The notes under the pieces are model-generated. The model saw only the letters and a list, made by a program, of their open reading frames with translations. It had not been told where the DNA came from and ran no database searches. A DNA stretch of 64,000 nucleotides, from NCBI GenBank assembly GCA_951406725.2, contig OX597831.1, forward strand, positions 60,264,001 to 60,328,000. Direction: 5' to 3'. Shown piece by piece: positions 39,582 through 56,852 of this stretch (its first letter is position 1; every line of letters begins with the position of its first letter). Source of the stretch: Octopus vulgaris. Lineage: Eukaryota. Both the position numbers and the translations under genes were made by a program.

Positions 39582-39711
39582 ACATTTATATGTTTATATA
39601 TACACATGGACATATACATGTATGTATTCAATTACATATATACACAGACATCCATACCGAACATATTAAGATATATGTGCCTTGTACATGGATTTCAAAG
39701 TTTGTCTTATG

Positions 39712-39784
<73 letters not shown>

Positions 39785-39790
39785 ATATAT
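39330..39790. repeat. (TA)n tracts with repeated interruptions
   Basis: Read directly. Confidence 0.95.
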
Positions 39791-40392
39791 CAGTAGCAAT
39801 ATGATCATAGGGTACCGTTCTTAAGCATTTCATTCCTCTGTGTACCTTCATAGTTCTGCCCTTTCATTACGTTCCTCAATAACTTTGCATCATTTTATCT
39901 TATTTCGCTTTATAACTTTTATGTTTTTCCGTTCTCTTTTATATATGAATAAATATGTACACTTTTTTTAGAGAACATATAGCTGCTTCAAGCAATACCT
40001 TTTGTGCTCTCTTTAAATATTTCTTCAACAGTTACTGTTCTACTAGCTTATGTGTATGTGTGCTTATTTGTATATGAAGGCGCTTACATAGATGCATAAG
40101 TGTGCATGTACGTACAGACCCCTACACAAACACACAAACACACACACGCACACAAGTATATAACATATATTTATATATAGATGTATACTATACATATATA
40201 CGTGTGGCCGTGTCTGTGCATTGGTCTTTTCATGTATTAATGCAGATCTGTCTATGTGTATGCTGTGTGTTTGTTGTTGGAATATGTGTATACCACTTTC
40301 ACGTACCAAAGTTGATTTTCAAAAAAAGCTAATTACTGTATGAATTTATGCAATGGTCGCTCGTAAATATGCTTTATTACCTCTGCTTTCTG

Positions 40393-40616
<224 letters not shown>

Positions 40617-41899
40617 CGACAGATAAATATTGTAAATTTTGCCCATTTATAACCCAGGCAATGTCCAACTTTATAGCAAATACCGACGTAGTTGTTTAAA
40701 GCAATTTTAGGACTTCAAAGCACAATCCTGTATAAAATTGGTGTTCAGTGAGATGCATCCAGGTGTCATTAGCTTGTATAGTATTTCTTTGAAGAACTTG
40801 GCCATGTACCGTTTGAATATCATAACATCGCTCTTTCCTATTTGGTTTCTCTCAGAATAATTTTGAATAATGCAAGACCAACTGAGGTAAAAAGCTAATT
40901 AGTACCGTAAAGCTTTTATGTAAGGTCAGCTCAATTATTGTAGATAGCGTATGGTATAAGGGCCAATACTTGAGTAACTTGCGAAATTGATACTCTTATG
41001 GTTTGGACATATAAAGAAATGTTCCTTGTTTTGTTAGAGGGAATATATGTTGGTAATTTTTAATGAATCCTAAAAATCATGCCTACTCATGCCATATATT
41101 CAGGTAACTTCTTTGCATTTCTTTTGGTATGATCTATGTGTGAGTATCATCGCTACCGTTTAAGTTCGTGATCAAGTGAGCAATAATATCAGAGGTGGAA
41201 CATGACAAATTTACAAAGGTTAAGCATGATTTTCAAATGATTTGTAGGTTTAAAAATGTGTAGACTGATAAGCACATAGTGTAGGCTACACCGAATACAT
41301 TTTCGATGTGTGCGTTTCAGTTCTGTTTGTTATCCATAGTATTTGAAGTTATTTCAAAATAAGAGAACCTTCTAGGAGTAAAAAAATATATAACTGTTTA
41401 ACCATATTCACTTTTTTTCCACCCATGAAATTACAGCATTTAATTCAGATAAGAATTCACATCCGTCATGTGTAACCTGATGACTTCCAGGAACTTTGAA
41501 TTTAGTGCAAAAGTTTTAATTGTACCAACTTTGAAGGTATCACCAATTATATTTCAGTAAATAATAAACAGAAGAGGTTCTATTTTGTATTGTGTTGTGA
41601 GTTTTATCTTTGCAAATTTCTAGAGACCCTTAGGGTTTGTTTTTTGATTTCTTGAACTCTGTTCTCTCTGTGTTTGTGTGTCTCAATCTTTCTCTGCTCT
41701 TTTCTTTTCGTGGGGCAATTTGAGTTTCTTTTCAATTTCCAAAAGTGCCAATCTTAAACTAGACTTCTCGTGATCCTTCAGTTACCTACACAACTAGTTT
41801 ATGAACTTTTTACCTTCGATCTGGGAATTTTGATTATTTTGTTCCTGGGATACATTTGGTAGTGCATATAGCTTTCACCGTCAAGATAAGCTGATTTAG

Positions 41900-42330
41900 A
41901 TTTATGTCAATGTCTTGCATAGACAAAATGGCGGACCAGTTTTTTTATAGATCTCTTTACAGACTGATATCCATTTTGGTTTCTTTAAATTCAAATTTCA
42001 TATGGTTTGGGTCCTTCTGTTAAAGTAGTCGCCAGCAATTCGCCTACGACCATATATTGTTCTAAAACGTTGGGTTCTGAATGTGCTCTTGGCGTCGCAT
42101 TAACGTTATGAATAAGCTCATATTAGTTCTGAAGCAGTGAACTAAGATGCTACCCCAGTTTGGCTGCAGTATCACATATTCCGTGAACAGCATATTAGAG
42201 AGTTCAGAGCATAATATAATTTGCCGTTGTTCATGCAGTGGTATAGCAGGCAGAATCTTGACTTTAGGCCATTTAATATTTAGTATATTGATATCACCCA
42301 AGAAAAAGACAATTGCAACAAGGATGGGAA
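41900..42330 (-). mobile_element. Possible RTE-type LINE 3' remnant
   Basis: ILNIKWPKV, then VGELL..EGPKP..FKETKMDI, resembling the RTE C-terminus; very decayed. Confidence 0.45.
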
Positions 42331-42459
42331 TAGTTTAGTATGATGCAGCTAAATTAAGATTATGTTTTTGATTAATTACAGTGTAAAACGTGTAGTATTA
42401 AAATTAATGATAATGCTGCACACTTTGTATGCACATATACTGCTATTTTAAATATATAT

Positions 42460-42492
<33 letters not shown>

Positions 42493-42498
42493 TTCTGT

Positions 42499-42542
<44 letters not shown>

Positions 42543-42547
42543 ATATA

Positions 42548-43384
42548 CGTGATCTGTTCAATAAATATACGGAGTTTGACATAGTAAGGAAGCTAAAGCA
42601 CGCGGAATAAATCCGCTTGGCATATATACACCTTCATCTCTGTTGTGGATACGAAATGAGTTTTAACATGCTAGCTCACTTCCGCTGTTTACAGCTGTGC
42701 TTGGAAGGAAGGTATGTAGCGTATGATCATTGCATTGGCCATGAGAGAGAAACTTGAACAGTGAAACTTCATCACATTTTGCCAAAAGCTTGGCGATACC
42801 TGCTCAAAAAGATTTCACCGTTATTGACACAATCAAGATCTTGTTCAAATGAAACTCGAATGTCATGTTGGTCAGCTGAAATCAGTTTTTGCACAAACTT
42901 GGCCGACACGCGTCTCATACACAAATCTCTAGTGATAATCGACTGAACTTAACCTCAACTAATCTGCACATCCTTTGGTATCTCACGAACGCTGGTTCAA
43001 CGATTTCCTCTTACAGTTGCACGCTAATGTGCGATGTTTTTCTCGTCACTATCAACGTTTTTTCGGCCATCTTGGAAACACTGGAACCACTCGTACATCT
43101 GCGTGCGGCTCATGCACTCCTCTCCATACACCTTTTCGAGCTTTGTGTAGGCCTCTGAGCAGGTATCCCCATGACAATCATCTCTGTCTCATTTAATCCG
43201 ACGATCACACGCTAAACACCTTCATTCCAAGCAGTGCTGTAAACAGCGGAAGTGAGGTAGGATGTTAAGTCTTAGTGCACATGTAGAGCAGAATTTACGG
43301 CGAGTCTTTACCAACCGGCTTTAGTCTACGTGATTTAGCTTCGTTACTATGGCAACAGCCCGATTATTTATTGATCAGAGCTCG
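42548..43384. mobile_element. mariner derivative made of two inverted 5' ends
   Basis: Left arm: TIR, UTR, MREKLEQ..FCQKLGDTCS (+). Right arm: TIR, UTR, GDTCSEAYTKLEKVYGEECMSRTQMYEWF..FQDGRK (-). Confidence 0.88.
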
Positions 43385-45669
43385 TGTACATATGTATATA
43401 TATATATATATATGAATGATGTATAAATATATATGTATGCGTATATTTGATTATATATATATATATATACAAACACACACATATATATATGCATACATAC
43501 ATTCATGCATACACATAAATACATTTTGTTTAGTCTCAACAAATGATATATCAAAGGCGTTGTCTTTAAAAATGAGGAACACAAGAACCAAACTCGCCTC
43601 TGGTAACACGTAATAGCAATTGTCGTTGTTTCCTAGTCTAGTCTCACCGTCAATTATTTTCCCTTCCTCTCGCTAGAAGAGAAAGCAACATGAATTTATC
43701 CTAACTCTACATACACTCTCTGTAAGTATCTCACTGAAAATTCTTAAATGTTAAATATTTGAATTCTGTTTATCACACAACTACAATCGCTTTTCCTTTA
43801 TTCTGTCTTCGTAAACTTCACGGCCTCTCACCTTTTTCTTATAAACTTTCTTTCTGGTTCTCGCTACTCAATCTACGATCTTTTGAACTGTCTTTGTAAA
43901 CAGTAAAACTCTGCGATCTTTTGAAATATCTTCATAAACAGTGCTGTTGAAATAATCTTTCCTTTATTTCTTTATTTCCTCCTCTTATACGATATATACA
44001 CACCCTGGCTCTTTCTCTCTTACTTCTCTTTTGAAACCTTCGTCTGTTGTTTTCATTTGTAACCGTCATATCTTTAGAGGTGTTACACGTATTTAGTCTT
44101 TCAGTTACTAAATAATATCTCACACGTCTTTACACATATTGCAAACGTTATACTTATTAAACCTCTTAACAAAATAATATCTTACACCTCTTTGTATTAG
44201 TAATTCTTCCTCCTAAATTTGAAAACGTTACCCATATTATATCTTGCAGTTACAAATAATATCGCACAACTCTTTACATTACGGGATATCAACAAATTGA
44301 CTCCAATTGCCGCAGATTTGTACTGAGCCAAATTAAGGGTAACACAATGAAAAAGATACATCAAAATTGTAAAATCAAGGAACTTCGCCTCGTTCTTCAA
44401 CTGTGGGTCATAGCAGAAAGATAGCCGCAGAACAACCTATTAGCGGGTACCTATTGTGAAAATTCCTATTTTCGACTCCCTAAACAACATTATGAAACCA
44501 TCAGACAAAGCGGTTAATGTTCTGAAATCCATGAAGATCAAACTGACGACATCAAGAAGCAACTACAAACGCCATTCGCCTAAAAACAGCACTAGAAATA
44601 ACAATGGCCCTAGTAATATCAGTTAAACCAGAAATATAGTGAATAACGGAGACGGGAAACTAGGGGATACAGCCAGCAAATATTGATGATTCCCTGAAGC
44701 CCGAAACCGAAGAAGTACAAGAAAAGTAAATCGTACGAACATAGGAACAGACCCCGAGAGAGCCCCCAATGTCTGTAATTTCTCCTGCTAACATGGAGAA
44801 GATACTGAAACTTTGCCTGTCACAAACCTTGTTGGAATGACAAGAGGATAACTGCTCACGGCAAAAGCAACCAGACACTTTAAGAGTGAAAACATCAAAC
44901 ATGTATCAGCGGGGTCATAGTGCAGCAAGAAAGGAAACATGGATCTCATAAGAAGTGGGATCAACATATCCTCTGTATCCCTCAAACCGGAAATAAGCAG
45001 AGGTATACAAAAATATACAGAGATATTGCGTACCACAGCTATCGAACCGCAAGCGCTTCTGAGCAAGGCACAAAAGACAGAACAGCAGCATTTTAATACA
45101 CAAGACCACCACAGGTGATGGGACTCATATTCCTACTAACGATTCCCTCAGTAATAGGGATATAAAATTCACCATTTGAAAGAGCTTGCCACATACAGTC
45201 AAGTAGTATGCATAACGCTTGTATATTGTATTTTAAATCTGATGACATCTAAGGATTTTAGCATTTACCTATATGTAAGAAACTTTAAATCATGTAGAAT
45301 TAAAAGAAAGTCTTATTCAATCAGTTTATTTGATCAGCTTAAATACGTAAAGTGTTATTCACTTTTTTATATATGCAAATATATTCATATACATGTATAC
45401 ATATTCATACATCTCAATACACATATGAACGCCCGTCGCTCGTTAATGACGATCACCAATGAAAACCCACCCAGAAGATGAGTCTGACTGTGTCCGGCCG
45501 TTGCCGAACAATCACTTGTGTGCTAGGAAGTCTCAGTCACGTCAAGTATTAGGGGTCTGTTACGTGTAAAGGCAAAGATTTGAAACTGGACTTGCGCAGT
45601 TCACGTTTTGTTTACGCTCCTTCAATTGCTACGCTACTCACAATTTGCATCTATTTATATGTGGCAATA

Positions 45670-45840
45670 TAGGTGGGGATGCAGTAAAGTTCCTGGTTTT
45701 ACGGGTGTCGCGAAAGTCCTGGTTGGAGCTCTAACCTTCCGAGTTCTTTTACAGGGTTCAGAAAACCTGAAGGATCGTTGTAATAAGTTTGTGTATCTGA
45801 GATGGGAATATGTTGAATGAAATAATAATATTTCTAGTCC
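45670..45840 (+). mobile_element. mariner-derived MITE, right end missing
   Basis: TIR-like ggggatgcagtaaagttcctgg; C-terminal LKDRCNKFVYLRWEYVE*. Confidence 0.72.
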
Positions 45841-45916
45841 ATTATTTAATTCCAACTCCATATGTGATTAAAGATAACGCTCTTGAATTTATTGCTTCAA
45901 TAATATTTTTGAAGTT
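45838..45916 (-). mobile_element. Short R4/Dong-like fragment abutting (TAA)n
   Basis: Closely matches 49741-49817; KNIIEAINSRALSLITYGVGIK. Confidence 0.7.
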
Positions 45917-48900
45917 ATTATTATTATTGTTATTATTATTATTATTATTATTATTGTTATTATTTCTCCAAACCAGCTACTTTTCAGCATCCTATCGTAT
46001 ACACGTGAAAGAGGAAAGTATGGCTATGTCTACGGGCTTACGTTTGCTTTTATACATTATATAATATATATAGTGTATAAAATCTAAAAGATACGTGCGT
46101 TTCAGTACGTGTATAATATAAACATCTCTATCAACAACAGATTTACATTGTTTTTATATATTATTTATCTCTCATATGTTTTGTGTGGGTGGTAGCAGAA
46201 GTATGGTACGGGAACATGTTCTTGCTTCGGTAGTGTACACGATTTATGAATATTCAATACCGTTACAAATGCCATTCTTATTTTGCATCCCAGATACTTA
46301 CATAAGTCTTAATCGTCAATATTTTTCATAAGCATTATAATCTGTACTTCTCGGCAATTAATATACGAGTAGATACTCAGCCTAGTATCTACTACAGAAG
46401 AACTCATTAGTATATTCTCTCATCCTGATGAGATTCACACTATATAAGCGGACTAACTTTTGCATATCAATTTGTTATTCATCACGTTATTCATCCACGC
46501 AATAGAAACTAAAGATAGTATATTCTTAATTTCATTATTTACACGGTTATTTTATGAAGGATTTAAAATAGATTTCTCAGAGTATATCATTGATCAAATG
46601 TTTTAAAAATCCCTCACTTACGTGCGCACAGTATATACTTATACTGTAATTCTCCTACAGTGTCTTCGATGTGTTCTAAACGTATAGAAGACGATTGGTC
46701 GCCTAGATATTTTAAATGTATACGTTACCTTATGTGATGTTGAGTTAGAATCCTTTTAAATTGGAATGGTGATAGACCCTAAGGCGTTACGAAATATTTT
46801 TCAGGAAATCAATCGAAAAGCTATTATCATGTCACTCGCCTGCTTCAGTTTTCTAGAAAACGTACATATATGGACACATACACATGCATAACTAGAAAAA
46901 GTTGATTGTTGATATTTACATACGTAAAGTCAAATTATTTTGCAAATTAATTTTCTTAGTGTTCTTGTTTCAATGTGGAAATCAATCATCCAATGCCAGC
47001 CTTTAATTCTCGGCACTTCCTTATCGCCACCGGCTCTATGGAGAAAGTGAGAGGTTTTGGTGTTGGACACCTGCTTTGGTCACCAACATATACTGCCATG
47101 GTTATTACAAGACCAACCACACGCTGTTTCTTGAAACATGTATTGGTCTGGTGCAAGAATTGTCATCCATTCAATACTTATCAGAATGAAGAATGTGTAT
47201 GAAATTAACATTCTCTAAGATGAGCAGCTAAAGTGCTGAAGAGCCATGACCTTCTCTGGCTCCGTACGGATAACTATAAGCGAACGTCCTTTGGAGATAA
47301 TTCGGTGAGAGTCTAATTACCTGGGCCTATAGGAATACCAGATAATCAGGGTAACACTGAAAACAATAGTGTCTTTGAGACGGAGCTACACTCTTTAAAA
47401 CCGTAAAAGTTTTGAATAGGTCCTCACTACATGCAGTGACATATATAAATGCAACTAGTTCATTCTCAAACTAGTAGTATTTTCTATAGTCTATATATCA
47501 CTGATGATATAAACATCTAACTGAAGAGAGGGCACAATTCTCATACAAAGTACTTACCCCAAATCAGATTGTATATGTTGTCAATTAAGTTGTGAACACA
47601 AGAACAATGTGAAATGAAATTGCATGTTCAAATACAAAGCCGTACATCGGAACTATAAACTGATGCTTTAAAATTTAGATCATGATTCCAGTATCATACC
47701 CACAAGGCTACACACATCTCACATGCGCAAGCAAACACATTCACATGGATAGGCACACACATACATAAATATAGATAAATACAATGTTACATAGATAGAT
47801 TAATAGGCAGAGAGTGAGATACACCTCTGGGGATTTATATTATTTTTTTAATCAAATATTCAATATACACTTCAAATACTTCAACACTTCATAAACCTGC
47901 ACTTCATTCCATAGCTATGTATTGATTATATCGCAAGAAATAACTGAAACGAATCTCGAAACCCTAAGTATACAAATTTCGGAAATATAAGAATATAAAA
48001 ATATTACTAAATTTGCATATTCCTGCTTTCGGTATGATAATATTTATTTATTTACCTTTTTTTTACTTAAGCATGCATACTTTTTCTGCTTGGAAATTTA
48101 ATTTTTCTGTGAAGTAAAAGCAGAGGCTAGAAATAAGAAAAAAAGAAGGCAGAACGAATATAAATCATTCGCATTTTCATAGAAATGACACTTATTTTTT
48201 CTTGGAGGGTGGAGGTGGACTTTACATAAGGGAAATATATGAAAAGAACTGTGTAAGCAATTTTGCTACAGGAAGCCATGGACATGAAAACAAAATAGCA
48301 TTATGTACATTTTTTCATTTTTCTTTATATTTTTGCATGAGGGAGTAGATAGCACAGGTTTGAAAATTATTAAATCTTTGTACATTTTGTTATGAATAAG
48401 AAGCTTCGAGTCTATATCCATATTTTGGTAATATATAGTGAATGCTATTTTCTTATATGCATAATGTATATGCTCGTAGAATCTGTCGGTATACCTTTAC
48501 AATAAAATAAATTGCAAAATCTTTGAGTATAAATGGTGCTGGTAGTTCATAATCACACGAAGCCGAGAAAGGTGTTCTGATGTCGCAACCGAATCTATAC
48601 TATAAATACGAATATAATATTAACTCATTTGATAAATACTAAATCTTATATACTAAGCCTTATCCTGAAACCAAGCTCTAAAACTTGTCTATTTTTAAAG
48701 AATCCTAATCTCCACGTGTTAAAATATTTAATAAAATACTTCGTAATAAGTATCCGATAAATATATTTTTGTAGAATGTTCTCTTATAACAAGGAAAAAT
48801 ATTCGACGAACAAACTTTACGCGTATTCTGATTAAATCTCATATTCCCCATTTCCTCCTAAAAAGAATACTTAATCTAAAGTTAATTGCCTACAGAAACC

Positions 48901-49399
48901 AATCAAGAATTTTATCTCTCAAACTTGACTATATTATAACTGACAATTCTTAAACCTAACGCTGAAATCTAATTTTATAATTCAAGTATTCAAAATCACC
49001 ATCCAACGGATTCGCAACAATATAATTCGTATGATACTTTATGATGGGGAAAAGCTGGAAATTTTGATATCTATTGTATGTCAGTAGGAAAGCGTATGTG
49101 TGTACTGGAATGTGCATACATGTGAGGGGGTAAAAGTGCAAGAATATATTTCACGTCCATTCTTCTATGGTAATGTCCACACATTATCTCTCTTTGTTTC
49201 ATCCCTTTTTCCAGGCGATTAGCACGATCAACTTTGCCATAGGTTTTCACATCTACGTAGCACAGGTTTACAATATATATGGCAATTTTACTCATAACTG
49301 AGATAGTCACGCCAAGTATCTTAAAACCTAAACAATTAAAATATTTCTCTGCTTCCCCGAGCTCTGTCACTGTCTGTGTGTTTCTCTGCATGCCTATCT

Positions 49400-49817
49400 G
49401 TCTGTTTCTTTCTCTCCCTCTATCTCTTTCTTTCTATCTGCATACTACTGTACTTTTTCTTACGATCTGTTTCAGCTACTTCCGTACTTCTACTGTTATT
49501 ATGCCACTTCTGTCTGACGAGGTCTCTTTGTATTACATTCTTGCCCTTTTCTCCTATTACGTGCTTCATCCCCTGTTCTTTCTTAACTCCCTTTCTGTAC
49601 TGCTCTGTAAATATTCTACTAGTCTTTTTCTTTCCATCTGGAAGCATTCTACTGTTGTTAAGTCTCTTCATCTGGCCTCTTCTGAAGTACAACCGGTTGA
49701 TATGAGCTTTCTGGTGGTGGGCTCAATATATCGTTTCCATTCCATTAATTAATTCCAACTCTATATGTGATTTAAGATACTACTCTTGAATTTATTGCTG
49801 CAATAAGATTTTTGAAG
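49400..49817 (-). mobile_element. R4/Dong-like LINE fragment (post-RT region)
   Basis: KNLIAAINSRVVS*ITYRVGI and HHQKAHINRLYFRR resemble the INT.AV..Y / HP..D..RLY motifs. Confidence 0.7.
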
Positions 49818-49830
49818 TTATTATTACTAC

Positions 49831-49915
<85 letters not shown>

Positions 49916-50025
49916 GTTATTGCTATTGTTGTTGTATATTATTAAATTTCATTACTACTACTACTACTACTACTACCACTACCGCTGCTGCTGCTGCTAC
50001 TACTACTACTACTACTGCTGCTGCA
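49818..50025. repeat. (TTA)n plus (CTA)/(CTG) compound repeat
   Basis: Read directly. Confidence 0.96.
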
Positions 50026-50039
50026 TTTATCATGGTCAG

Positions 50040-50792
50040 TTGCCGTTCTAGTTTTAGTTTGGATTTCATTTTTTTTACAGCTTTTCTTGCCTTTACATCT
50101 TTATAGTTATTTGGTTGTATAGATTATTTTTTCTATTTGTCAGCTTCCTTAAAGACTGAAAACAAGTTTTTGTTCGTGTTTTTTGGCTATTTGTATTAGT
50201 TTTCCTTGCTTCACAACTAGATATTTTTGAAGTCCTCTGGCGGTTACTTTCTAATAGTTTTCTAGCTGCATAAGGCCTCTACCACTTACTAAACGTTGTA
50301 TATATAATCTTTCTATGTCCGATTTTGGGTGGTGCATCCTGGATCCTGTCATAATTTTGGTTAGTTTATTTAGTGTCTTGTTGGGAATATTGTACCTGTA
50401 TCTTATAACTGGCACAGCTAGAGTGTTGATGCTTATTAGCTTGTTTTTCGTATTGAGCTCTGTTTTCAGTATTAATCTAACTCGTGTATATTTTCTCTTT
50501 CATTTGTGTGTGTTCTTGCGAATCTAGGTCATTGATTCCTAAATATCTGCATGGTTGGCTTTGGTCTAATTCTCGTACGTCATTTGCTTTGTCTAGTGTC
50601 ATGTTGCTACTCTTTACTAGTTTTCCTATTTTCAAGGTTGCTTTGACACATTCTTCTAAGCCAAATTTCACATTTATTTCTTTGCTAAATCCATGTACTG
50701 TCTGTTGTAATGTTTCCAGCTGTTTAATCATTTGTAGCGTACAGTTTTACGTCATCCATATATCAGAGGTGGCTGACTGTTTTACCGTAACA
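50040..50792 (-). mobile_element. R4/Dong-like LINE RT fragment
   Basis: VSHL*YMDDVKLYA, FSKEINVKFGLEEC, CRYLGI, ILKTELNTKNKLISINTLAVPVIRY. Confidence 0.88.
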
Positions 50793-50793
50793 G

Positions 50794-51055
<262 letters not shown>

Positions 51056-51739
51056 ATCACGATCAGTATTTCTTCGTTGAAATCTTAGTAATTTGCAATC
51101 AGTCTATTGTATTAAACGAAATATTCTTGTAAATACAGTGAGAAGCTGTCATAATGATTGCAGCTAATTACCAGGAGTTATTGTTATCATAGTTCCTCGT
51201 GTAATTAAAAAGCAAGATGCTGGGAGGAATAGCAAACTTTTGTTATGCTACTTAAGCATTACTTGAATAATTATTTGGTAATATAGAATGTCTATTGAAT
51301 CTGACTTTGGAGATTTTAACAATCTCTACAACATTGTCAGAATATTGTAATGTAAAGCCTTAAAAATGATGCTCTGTGAAATGAAATACCGCTTGCAATA
51401 ACTTTACTTGGTTTTCCTTTCATTAGAAATATTGTAAGAAAATTTCCCTAGAATAAGATGAATAAAACGGGAATTGATTAAGTATTATTACTATAAAAGA
51501 ATAATTGTTAGACACCAGAATATCATCCAGTATTTTAATTAGTAAATGTTAAATACTGCATCAAATCTACAGCATTATTACGTATATTTTCGCTTTTCCT
51601 TTTAGATATATCGATATATAGGCGCATTTGCAGGCATTCTTTTTAGTGCATACAACAATCATTATCGTCCTAATATTTCATAAAATCATAAAGCTCGTAG
51701 ATGACTGTTGCACAAATATATCAATTATGTATATATATG

Positions 51740-51787
<48 letters not shown>

Positions 51788-51817
51788 CACACACACGCAC
51801 GCACATATACATATATT

Positions 51818-53660
<1,843 letters not shown>

Positions 53661-56600
53661 CAGAGAGAGAGGGTGAGAGAAAGGAAGAAGGGGGAGAAAA
53701 GAGCGACGAGAGTGTTTGTCGTCAGGTGTATAGCTCTTCATCGGAAAAGAAAAAAGTCCCAAAAGAAACATATATATATGTATATATACAGACACACAGA
53801 GTGAGTCCTATTACAATATTATGATTGTTTATCTATACCGTCCTCTGTCCTTCAATTTTTTGTGCCATTGTTCATAAACGCAAATGAAGCATCAATGAAT
53901 AAATCGCATGAATTTGCAGATTTATTTCTAAGGCGTCAGGTGTTAAGTTATCGCCTTGGGTGGTGATTTCTGATGAATGATATGATTTACTCAGATTTCA
54001 TTGAAAGTAGCTTCACTTTTCCCTTTATGAGTGAGGAGTTACTGTGAATGAAGATAGTTGATTTTTTCTTATCCAGCCTAACGCTTGTATTATCTTGTCC
54101 TTTTTGATATTCTTATGACTAGCTTAAAACTTTGTCGAGGAGAAATCTGAAAATATGTGTAATTCCCTGATGTGTAAGTATGATCTACGCATTTGTGTGT
54201 CTACATATGCCACACTTCCATGTATTTGAATACTGAAAATTAATAATGCTTGCAGAGATGAATTGTTTTGAGATGAAATGAAGTTGTATAGGCGTGCTGT
54301 CCAACCTCGTCCTAACTCGTAGATTTGTGTCGAGCTTTCGACGTATTTGCTCGTAATCATAGGCATCAGTTTTGAAACCAGTACGCATTTAGGAGTTTCA
54401 TCTAACTCAATAAAGTGAATTTTCGAGAGCAGTATTCAGATCTTCATGATGGAAAATATATAACTAACAATTAACTTACTGTCAAACTCAATTTTTCTTG
54501 CACAAATTTTAACAACACTATGCTCTGAATTAACGGAATGTTTATAAATGATGGTAAAGCGTTTTATAAAGCAATGATAATCAACAGGAATTTCTCCCAA
54601 TATTTTTGCACTTTTGCAATAAACAAAATATAATCATGGAAGTCGTCTTTTAAGTTTTTCACCGTATTCAATAGCGGTGTATAGATCATGAACAGGTAAT
54701 CTGTATATATTGCAAAATTTATTGTTTCTTAAAATTTCGCAACAAGAAAAGTTATTTTAGTTCGTGATATGGAACCTTGAAAAATAAGGGGTAATTAATA
54801 TGGTGACAATATTTGTGATTCAGAATTTTAAACTTTGCACGAAAATTCAGTTCTACAATTAATTTATTACAGGTCATTAACATTTCTGACGATGCAATGA
54901 ATTTGTCTTTGTCGAAGTTAGATGCAAGAAACAAGTAAAAGAATAAATGAATTTAAAAAATACTCTAAAATAGAGTATTTTAGGAGACATACAATTGATT
55001 TGCAGAAGAACCATGTATTTATATAGTTATACATTTATATGACTCGTCTGAAACTTTTCACCCTATCGCCTTATTTGTTGCATTTTTGATACATTTGAAA
55101 ATTAATCGTGTATTTAATTAGGTTAGTAATTTATATATGAAATATTCACTTTTAACACGAATCGATGTATTTCAATATCGCTAGCATTCAAAATTTGTTT
55201 CCTTATTGCTTGGCAATATCTTCCACTGTGACTGCAAAGTAGGCTTTGTGTTCTATATAGATTTTTCTTAATTTTCGTATTGATTTTATGCAGAAATTAT
55301 TGGTCAAAGAGACGTGCATTATTTCTTGATCTTTGAAAGTAAAAGAATAATTCTTACAAATGCTTCTCAAATATATATCTATTGGGGATTATAGAATGGC
55401 AAGATAATATTACTAATGTCAAATACCGCGTGTAAATATAAATTGTATTGGAATTCGCTGTAGCAATAAGCTATAAAATGATTTAAATCACTTTCAAAAC
55501 AGAGAATTCCCTTGTGGATGATTTAAGCAAAAGTAATAAAATAGGAAAGCTAATACAATTTAGTCAGTTAAGTTGTCAATTTAAGTTAAATTCGGGAAAA
55601 GGATTATTCGCATATTATGTCTAAAATATGAGAAATAGATTTTTATTTTCATTTTAAATCAATAGTATCCATTTCTTTCTTTATTTCCATATACATAAGC
55701 TGGCTTTTAGTTTAAACAAGATAAGTTCCATTATGTGAATATTCTTATTATTTACAACAATAATTTGAAATGAAAGAATACATACGTCTCAAAACAAGGC
55801 GTAATATAAGGATATAAGTAGAAAGAGTAATAATCGAAATATAATGCAGTTTGACACTGCAAACAGAAATATTGCATAATATGAAAGACGACTAACGGAG
55901 TTTACATTTTTGTAATTTAAAAAAAAATAATATTTCGTTGATCTTGCTTATAAAATGTAAAAAAAAAGAAGAACAGAAATATCTTGAAAACAAAGTCAAA
56001 CGGAAAAATGACAATAAATACAGGAATTTGATCTGACAATTTCAACCTCAATCTACCATTAAGAAATATTCAGAAAGGCAGCAAAAATGAAAAAAAACAC
56101 TCTTCATTCTCAGAGGACATAATAATAAACGGCCTGTTATTAAAAAGCCAAACATTAGAGACAAACCGTTTTAGAACTAACAAACCAGAAGTAAATATAA
56201 ATTATGCAGAAATGTTGCAAGTTATTGTAAGAAAAAAAGGCATAAACTCTAAACAAATAAAATATCGACTTTGTATTATAAACTTCGTGAAAGAAAGAAA
56301 ATTAAGAAACGCTTTTTCCTCCTTTCGGACAGTAATACAAATTTTTCTGAAAATACAAAATAAATAAAAATGATATTGCTATAATTTCTCAATTCCATTT
56401 TATATCTACAAAAATATTCGTATGGGGCTCTGATCACAAGCACAATGGTAAATATCATTTTTATTTTCTAATGAGTTTGGACAGCTCACAAATTATTTCG
56501 AATTTCATATTTCTATGTCTGTCTAAGCATGGATCAAAATTACAGTTTTCAACCAGACATAGAAATATACCTCATACCAAGACATTTTACATTTTTACAT

Positions 56601-56852
56601 ATCTCAAAATTAATGCAATGAGCTTTGCTTGTTTTGATCGAGGAATTTACGATTTAATCACCTAATGGATTTCGTTTTCTTCACTTCTCTTCCTGCCTGG
56701 CATTAAAGATACAATATTTCTGACATACCTTATTTTTTAATCATTTTAAATTGGTTCACGGACATTCGGTCGCCTCTGCACTCCCAGCACACAACTGTAA
56801 ACTTTGTATACATGGTACGATATCTTACAGTTTTCCAGAAATATGCACGTAC

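Noticed and set aside
44400-45180. A-rich, GC-richer block possibly a LINE ORF1 remnant
   Set aside because: No motif secure enough to classify.
54185-54450. Faint resemblance to a hAT/Buster BED-finger (FIELDETPKCVL)
   Set aside because: Needs frameshifts, lacks the full Cys/His pattern, and has no TIRs.
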